DNA of 49,337 nucleotides from an uncultured Candidatus Saccharibacteria bacterium (GTDB lineage Bacteria > Patescibacteriota > Minisyncoccia > Phycocordibacterales > JAACPR01), in contig CAZPRI010000003.1 in the NCBI GenBank assembly GCA_964589635.1, forward strand, positions 1-49,337. Direction: 5' to 3'. Positions within the stretch are counted from its first letter, which is position 1; each line of letters starts with the position of its first letter. The position numbers and the translations under genes were made by a program. The notes below the pieces were generated by a model. That model was not told the origin of the DNA and ran no database searches. It worked only from the letters and a program-made list of their open reading frames with translations. Shown piece by piece: positions 44,775 through 49,337 of this stretch.

Positions 44775-45440
44775 TGACAACGTCGGACGTTGCCAAAATT
44801 ATTATTAATATTTTAAAGTTTATTTAGATATTCTTTATGAAATTATAGTAAAAAATAATACATGGAGAGTTTTTTTGAAAATGAGTATTATCATATTTAT
44901 GTTAGAGGAAAAAATAAAGAGAACATTTTTTTAGAAGAAAATGATTATTTAAGAATGATGGCTTTAATAAACAATTGCAATAAGATCGATTCAGACTCCC
45001 TGTCTAGAATATTAAGAAAAAATAACATCAAAGAACTATGTGCATATAAAGAACTATGTGCATATAAAGAAAACCAAACTTCTTTTCTAGAAATGCAGTC
45101 TTTTACAATAATGCCAAATCACTTACATCTTATGTTTAAAAGCTTAAGTCCTAAATTTACGGGGCATTTCATGAGAAGAATACTTACATCATATGCAAAA
45201 TACTTTAACCTAAAATATTCAAACATAGGACATGTCTTTGAGAGTAAATATAAATTTGAACATGTAAACACACAAGAATACTTTGATATCTTACTTAGTT
45301 ATATAAGGAACAATCCTTTAAAATTATTAGACAAAAAATATAAACACATAGACCTTATAAACGGGATCTACAAAATTTCACCTGAAATAGATATCTTTAT
45401 TAAAAATTATCCCTATTCTTGGCAACGTCCGACGTTGACA
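44775..45440 (+). mobile_element. RAYT/IS200-like unit: HUH-Y1 transposase gene bracketed by inverted 22-bp REP hairpins
   Basis: The left end at 44775-44796 is TGACAACGTCGGACGTTGCCAA. The right end at 45419-45440 is TTGGCAACGTCCGACGTTGACA. Each contains the palindrome CAACGTC-N-GACGTTG. Confidence 0.8.
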
Positions 45441-45467
45441 GACTCAACCATGTCATTCATTTCCTGA
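44862..45467 (+). CDS. REP-associated tyrosine transposase (IS200/IS605 TnpA-like, HUH-Y1)
   Basis: YHIYVRGKNKENIF, the HUH motif in IMPNHLHLMF, and the catalytic Tyr region LSYIRNNPLK are present. The ORF contains an in-frame 18-bp tandem duplication, and its 3' end reads through the right REP into rpe. Confidence 0.8.
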   Translation: MESFFENEYYHIYVRGKNKENIFLEENDYLRMMALINNCNKIDSDSLSRILRKNNIKELCAYKELCAYKENQTSFLEMQSFTIMPNHLHLMFKSLSPKFTGHFMRRILTSYAKYFNLKYSNIGHVFESKYKFEHVNTQEYFDILLSYIRNNPLKLLDKKYKHIDLINGIYKISPEIDIFIKNYPYSWQRPTLTDSTMSFIS

Positions 45468-46138
45468 ATTGCATCTGTGATGTCTTCTGCCTTTAGTAGA
45501 GCACTCCCTGATACAAAAATATTTGCTCCTGCTTCTGCAAGCTCCTCCACTGTCTCAAAATTAACAGACCCATCAACCATAATATCCATATCTGGCTTTA
45601 ATACCCTCAATGCCTTTATTTTTTCTAAAACTTTTTCATCAAATTCCTGACCTTGATATCCAATCTTTTCAATTCCCATAAATTGCACAAAATCTACAAT
45701 ATCGAGAAAAGGTTCAAGCTCATCATTTGGTGTTTTTGTTTGAATTGCAATCCCGATATCAATCATATTCTCCTCTTTAACTTTTTGTATAAAAGCTACC
45801 TTGTCTCCAGATAAACTTTCTAAATGAAAAATCAATGAACTTGCACCCGCAGTAACCCATTTTTGATATTTCTCTTCTGGATTAACAACCATCAAATCCA
45901 AATCAAAGTTGAAGCTTTCCCAATAAGGCATTCCCTCTTTTTGACCTGAAATACTTTCAAAAATAGAATCAAATTTTGAATGATATGGCCATGTGACATT
46001 AGGAGTATAATTTCCGTCAGTAACATCTATCTGTACACGATTCACTTTATTTTTTAAATACTGAAGTTCTTTTTTCAGGTAGTTAAAATCTGTTGGTATT
46101 ATCGCTGGGACTATTGTTATTTTTTTATTCATCTCCAC
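45413..46138 (-). CDS. rpe: Ribulose-phosphate 3-epimerase
   Basis: ..VQIDVTDGNY.PN.. and ..MVDGSVN.ETV.ELAEAGANIFVSGSAL are present. The last 8 codons (VNVGRCQE*) are encoded by the REP hairpin. Confidence 0.8.
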   Translation of the reverse strand: MEMNKKITIVPAIIPTDFNYLKKELQYLKNKVNRVQIDVTDGNYTPNVTWPYHSKFDSIFESISGQKEGMPYWESFNFDLDLMVVNPEEKYQKWVTAGASSLIFHLESLSGDKVAFIQKVKEENMIDIGIAIQTKTPNDELEPFLDIVDFVQFMGIEKIGYQGQEFDEKVLEKIKALRVLKPDMDIMVDGSVNFETVEELAEAGANIFVSGSALLKAEDITDAIQEMNDMVESVNVGRCQE

Positions 46139-46625
46139 CTATCATTAAATTATCTAAATTGTCAATCTTATGAATCCTTCTCACATGTCTTTGCTCATTA
46201 GAGAAAGAAGTCTCGAGCCACAGATCGACGGCCTCCTCGGCCTCCTCATGCGTCAAAAATCTTGCACCCAATGATAGAATATTTGCATCATTATGTTGTT
46301 TTGAAAGTGTAATAATATCTTCTTCTGATCCTGCACTTCCATAAAAAACAGTTGCTCTAATTCCTGGAATCCTATTAGCAACCATTGCTTCCCCTTGTCC
46401 TGATCCACCCAAAATTATCCCAAGAGAGTGTTCATCTTGAGAAACAGCGATTGCTGCCGGCAAAATAAAATCTGGGTAATCATCATTTTCGTCGAGCTCG
46501 AAGGCTCCATGATCAATTACTTCATAGTCTTTTTTCTCTAAAAAGAATCTCAAATCTTCTTTCATTTCAAACCCTGCATGGTCTGAAGCTATATGTATTG
46601 TTCGTATATCTTTTTCGTTAATCAT
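46125..46625 (-). CDS. rpiB: Ribose-5-phosphate isomerase B
   Basis: IHIASDHAGFEMKEDL and GIILGGSGQGEAMVANRIPGIRA are present. The ATG at 46625 is preferred. Confidence 0.85.
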   Translation of the reverse strand: MINEKDIRTIHIASDHAGFEMKEDLRFFLEKKDYEVIDHGAFELDENDDYPDFILPAAIAVSQDEHSLGIILGGSGQGEAMVANRIPGIRATVFYGSAGSEEDIITLSKQHNDANILSLGARFLTHEEAEEAVDLWLETSFSNEQRHVRRIHKIDNLDNLMIGGDE

Positions 46626-46836
46626 ATTATTTATTATTTTTTTTAAAAAAACCAATATATACACATTTTTTGTATATATCTTTTTCGTTTTCTTTTTTAG
46701 TAAAAGTATTGACAGGAATTTTTGTGTTTTGTTCCTCATACACACCTATGCATGATAACCTCATATATCCAAGAAAAATTGTGAATAATAGTGCCGAAAA
46801 AATCAATATTTTTATTAACATATATTGAATTATAGA

Positions 46837-47679
46837 TTAATTATCATATAAAACAAACGACCCTTGTCCAGGTCTACGATCTTTAATTTCTAGTACATAT
46901 TCTCCAATAGTAAGCCGTGATTTTTCAGCATCAATAAAATCATACTCTTGAAAACCATCTCCTTGCATGATTTGCACAGTAATACCATTTTTATTACTTT
47001 CCTGGTCTGATTTTGAATTTTTTACAGAATTAATTACATTTTTTGTCGCTTTTATTTTTACGTCTTTAATGACTACAGTCTCTCCAATTCTTAGAATAAA
47101 TTCTCTACCCAAAAATTCTTCTCTTTCTGAACCAAAAATATCTAACATCGATTTACCTTCTGCATTTTTACAATTCAAAATAAGCTCTTTTTTCTTATCA
47201 TTACTTTCGTTATCATTTGTTATATTTAGTCGTAGTGATTTCTGATCATTATAAATAGTGGCAATCCTTTCTTCACTGTATTTAAATAGCTTTTTTTCAT
47301 AGAGATAGACAGAAGATATAGGATTTTCGGGAGTAAATATATTAATAAAGGAGTTTTCATTACAAACAAAATCTTTGTGCAGTGTTTCATAATTTTCTTT
47401 TTGTGCGTTATTTCCTAAAAAGAAAAAGTTATAGACTAGAAACACTAACGGCAAGAGTGCAAGAAGAGACAGAAGAATAGAGTTCTGTATTCTAGATAGG
47501 ATAATCAGAGATATAATATATATAGGATACCCCACTGAAACAATAAAAATCGTCCACGCAAGCACACTTTTTCCACTACCTGGTGCATCAAAAGACATTG
47601 CACCTGCAATAAAAATAATTGGATACAATAAAATAGGTATTAAAGATACTATATTTATTAATGTTAACATTGTTTTCAT
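46837..47679 (-). CDS. Membrane protein, hypothetical (280 aa)
   Basis: The ORF has three or four N-terminal TM helices and a soluble C-terminal half. Confidence 0.5.
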   Translation of the reverse strand: MKTMLTLINIVSLIPILLYPIIFIAGAMSFDAPGSGKSVLAWTIFIVSVGYPIYIISLIILSRIQNSILLSLLALLPLVFLVYNFFFLGNNAQKENYETLHKDFVCNENSFINIFTPENPISSVYLYEKKLFKYSEERIATIYNDQKSLRLNITNDNESNDKKKELILNCKNAEGKSMLDIFGSEREEFLGREFILRIGETVVIKDVKIKATKNVINSVKNSKSDQESNKNGITVQIMQGDGFQEYDFIDAEKSRLTIGEYVLEIKDRRPGQGSFVLYDN

Positions 47680-47683
47680 ATTT

Positions 47684-48787
47684 TTAGTTATTTTCAGTAA
47701 AGGAATTAATAATACCTTTATGGATTTTCTTACTTTTTTCTTTTTTGACTACATCCGAAGTACCTGTTGCTATAACATGTTTTACTAAAGTATTTGCATA
47801 CCCTATTTCATTGTCATACCAAGCTAAAACTTTTACTAAATTTCCTCCTGCAACTCTTATCATGTTCAGGTCGACAATTGAAGCATTTGGATTTCCAACT
47901 ATGTCTTGAGATACAACTTCTTCTTCAGTAACTTGAAGTACTCCTCGAAACCTATCATCCATTGATGCCCTCTTCAAAATCTGATTCACCTCTTCAACTG
48001 TTGTAGTTCTTTTCGCGATGAAAGTTACATCTGCCACAGAACCTGCGACAACAGGAACTCGAAGTGCAATCCCATCAAACTTCCCAATAAGCGAAGGGAT
48101 AACAAGTCCTGTTGCTTTAGCCGCGCCAGTCGAAGATGGGATAATGTTTATAGCTGCTGCTCTTCCTTTTCTAAAATCCTTACTTGGACCATCCACAATT
48201 GATTGGGTTGCTGTATACGCATGAACAGTGTTCAAAATAGCACTTTCAACCCCAATAGCCTCATCAAGAGCCGACATCATTGTTCCAACAGCATTTGTAG
48301 TACAAGACGCATTTGAAGAGATGTTGCAAGTCTTTAATTTCTCATCATTAACTCCCATCAATACCGTTGCTTCTGTTTCATCTTTTGGATCACTTTTTGC
48401 AGGTGCCGAGATTACAACCTTTTTTGCTCCTGCCTTTATATGTAATCGTGCATCTTCATATTTACTAAATACTCCTGTTGATTCAACAACAACATCTATT
48501 TCTAATTCTTTCCATGGTAATTTTTTTGGATCTTTCTCAGAATATATTTTTACTTTATGTTCTCTATCTATCAAAAGATATGTCTCCTTTTTTTCTACAA
48601 TTAAATCAACTTCAAAATTTGATCGCCCGTAAACAGAATCATATTTCAATAGGTAGGCCAGATTTTCAGGTTCTCCTAAATCATTTATGGCTACTAATTT
48701 AATTTCTGGCCTAGTAATTGCTAATTTTAAAAATGCTCTTCCAATTCTACCAAAACCATTTATGGCCACGTTTAACTTTTTATCCAT
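47684..48787 (-). CDS. gap: Glyceraldehyde-3-phosphate dehydrogenase, type I
   Basis: INGFGRIGR and the SNASCTTN active site are present, with WYDNE near the C-terminus. A Lys-rich C-terminal extension of about 30 aa follows. Confidence 0.9.
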   Translation of the reverse strand: MDKKLNVAINGFGRIGRAFLKLAITRPEIKLVAINDLGEPENLAYLLKYDSVYGRSNFEVDLIVEKKETYLLIDREHKVKIYSEKDPKKLPWKELEIDVVVESTGVFSKYEDARLHIKAGAKKVVISAPAKSDPKDETEATVLMGVNDEKLKTCNISSNASCTTNAVGTMMSALDEAIGVESAILNTVHAYTATQSIVDGPSKDFRKGRAAAINIIPSSTGAAKATGLVIPSLIGKFDGIALRVPVVAGSVADVTFIAKRTTTVEEVNQILKRASMDDRFRGVLQVTEEEVVSQDIVGNPNASIVDLNMIRVAGGNLVKVLAWYDNEIGYANTLVKHVIATGTSDVVKKEKSKKIHKGIINSFTENN

Positions 48788-48850
48788 GAGAATATTATAA
48801 CAAACTCCTCTAGTTTTTGAATTTTACTTATTATTAATAGTATTAAAGAT

Positions 48851-48881
48851 AAAAGCGGCCCCGCTTGACGAGACCGCTTTT
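48851..48881 (-). terminator. Rho-independent terminator
   Basis: AAAAGCGG...CCGCTTTT with a GC-rich interior. Confidence 0.6.
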
Positions 48882-48883
48882 AT

Positions 48884-49337
48884 TTAAACTACAGGAACTT
48901 CTTCTACCTCAGGTGTATCATCTTCCACAGCCTCAGGTTCTGGATCTGGATCTGATTCTTGTGCGGCTGTTTCTTCTTCCTCCACAGGTGAAGCAATCTC
49001 CTCTCCTGATTCTGCTGTGTCATCTGGCACATCTTCTGGGATAGTTTCTTCTGCATCTTCTCCAATAACTTCTTCAGGATCTGTATTTTCATTTTCAGTT
49101 ACCTCTTCTTCATTATTTGCTGATACATCAGTTTCATCAGTATTTGTTGATGAACTTCCACCACCATCATTATTTGAAGTTGTATGAGTAACTTTTTTCT
49201 CTGAAAGAAGTTCTGCAAATTCTGTCTCTGTTATACAAACATCTCCGACACACAATTTATCTGTTCTAATTTCACTGAAGTATCCCACAATCCCATCCGC
49301 TGTCCTCGTAATATAATCGCCTATCCAATCGATCTTG
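48884..49337 (-). CDS. Hypothetical protein with a highly acidic C-terminal tail, 5'-partial at the window edge
   Basis: The reading frame stays open to position 49337 (..KIDWIGDYITRTADGIVGYFSEIRTDKLCVGDVCITETEF..). The tail is E/D/T-rich. Confidence 0.5.
   Translation of the reverse strand, partial: KIDWIGDYITRTADGIVGYFSEIRTDKLCVGDVCITETEFAELLSEKKVTHTTSNNDGGGSSSTNTDETDVSANNEEEVTENENTDPEEVIGEDAEETIPEDVPDDTAESGEEIASPVEEEETAAQESDPDPEPEAVEDDTPEVEEVPVV

Noticed and set aside
46627-46821. 64-aa minus-strand ORF upstream of rpiB
   Set aside because: It lies in the AT-rich promoter region between two genes and has a low-complexity sequence. It overlaps the spurious rpiB N-terminal extension in another frame.

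Overview
This is an AT-rich bacterial chromosomal segment with short intergenic regions. The gene content suggests a reduced-genome Patescibacteria/CPR-like organism: split transketolase, rpe, rpiB and gap, many small secreted or membrane hypotheticals, and a type IV pilin-like gene. That placement is inferred from gene content only; no database search was possible. I support about 55 protein genes (murJ, htpX, lemA, secG, RNase J, nadK, ftsEX, prfB, two two-component-system loci, a glycoside hydrolase cluster and others). I also support an RNase P RNA missed by the ORF track, four tRNAs (Gln-CUG, Asp-GUC, two CAU) and many stereotyped GC-clamp terminators. Repeats include a dispersed family of GC-rich palindromic MITE/REP-like elements and one RAYT/IS200-like HUH transposase flanked by REP hairpins. 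The most interesting signal is non-coding. A conserved block of about 110 nt with a bulged hairpin, supported by compensatory changes, sits behind two different tRNA genes (Gln and Asp). Each copy ends in a copy of its own tRNA's 3' end, and no recombinase is present in the window. Related partial-gene-copy footprints occur at the initiator-like tRNA (99-bp tandem repeat carrying the tRNA 5' end) and at a histidine kinase 3' end, where the copies bracket a two-gene cassette. Other notable items are a PEP-CTERM protein in a higher-GC, tRNA-bounded accessory block, a free-standing RNA polymerase alpha-CTD-like protein, a short RF2 without the frameshift site, and two adjacent frameshifted genes. 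No CRISPR array or rRNA was seen.
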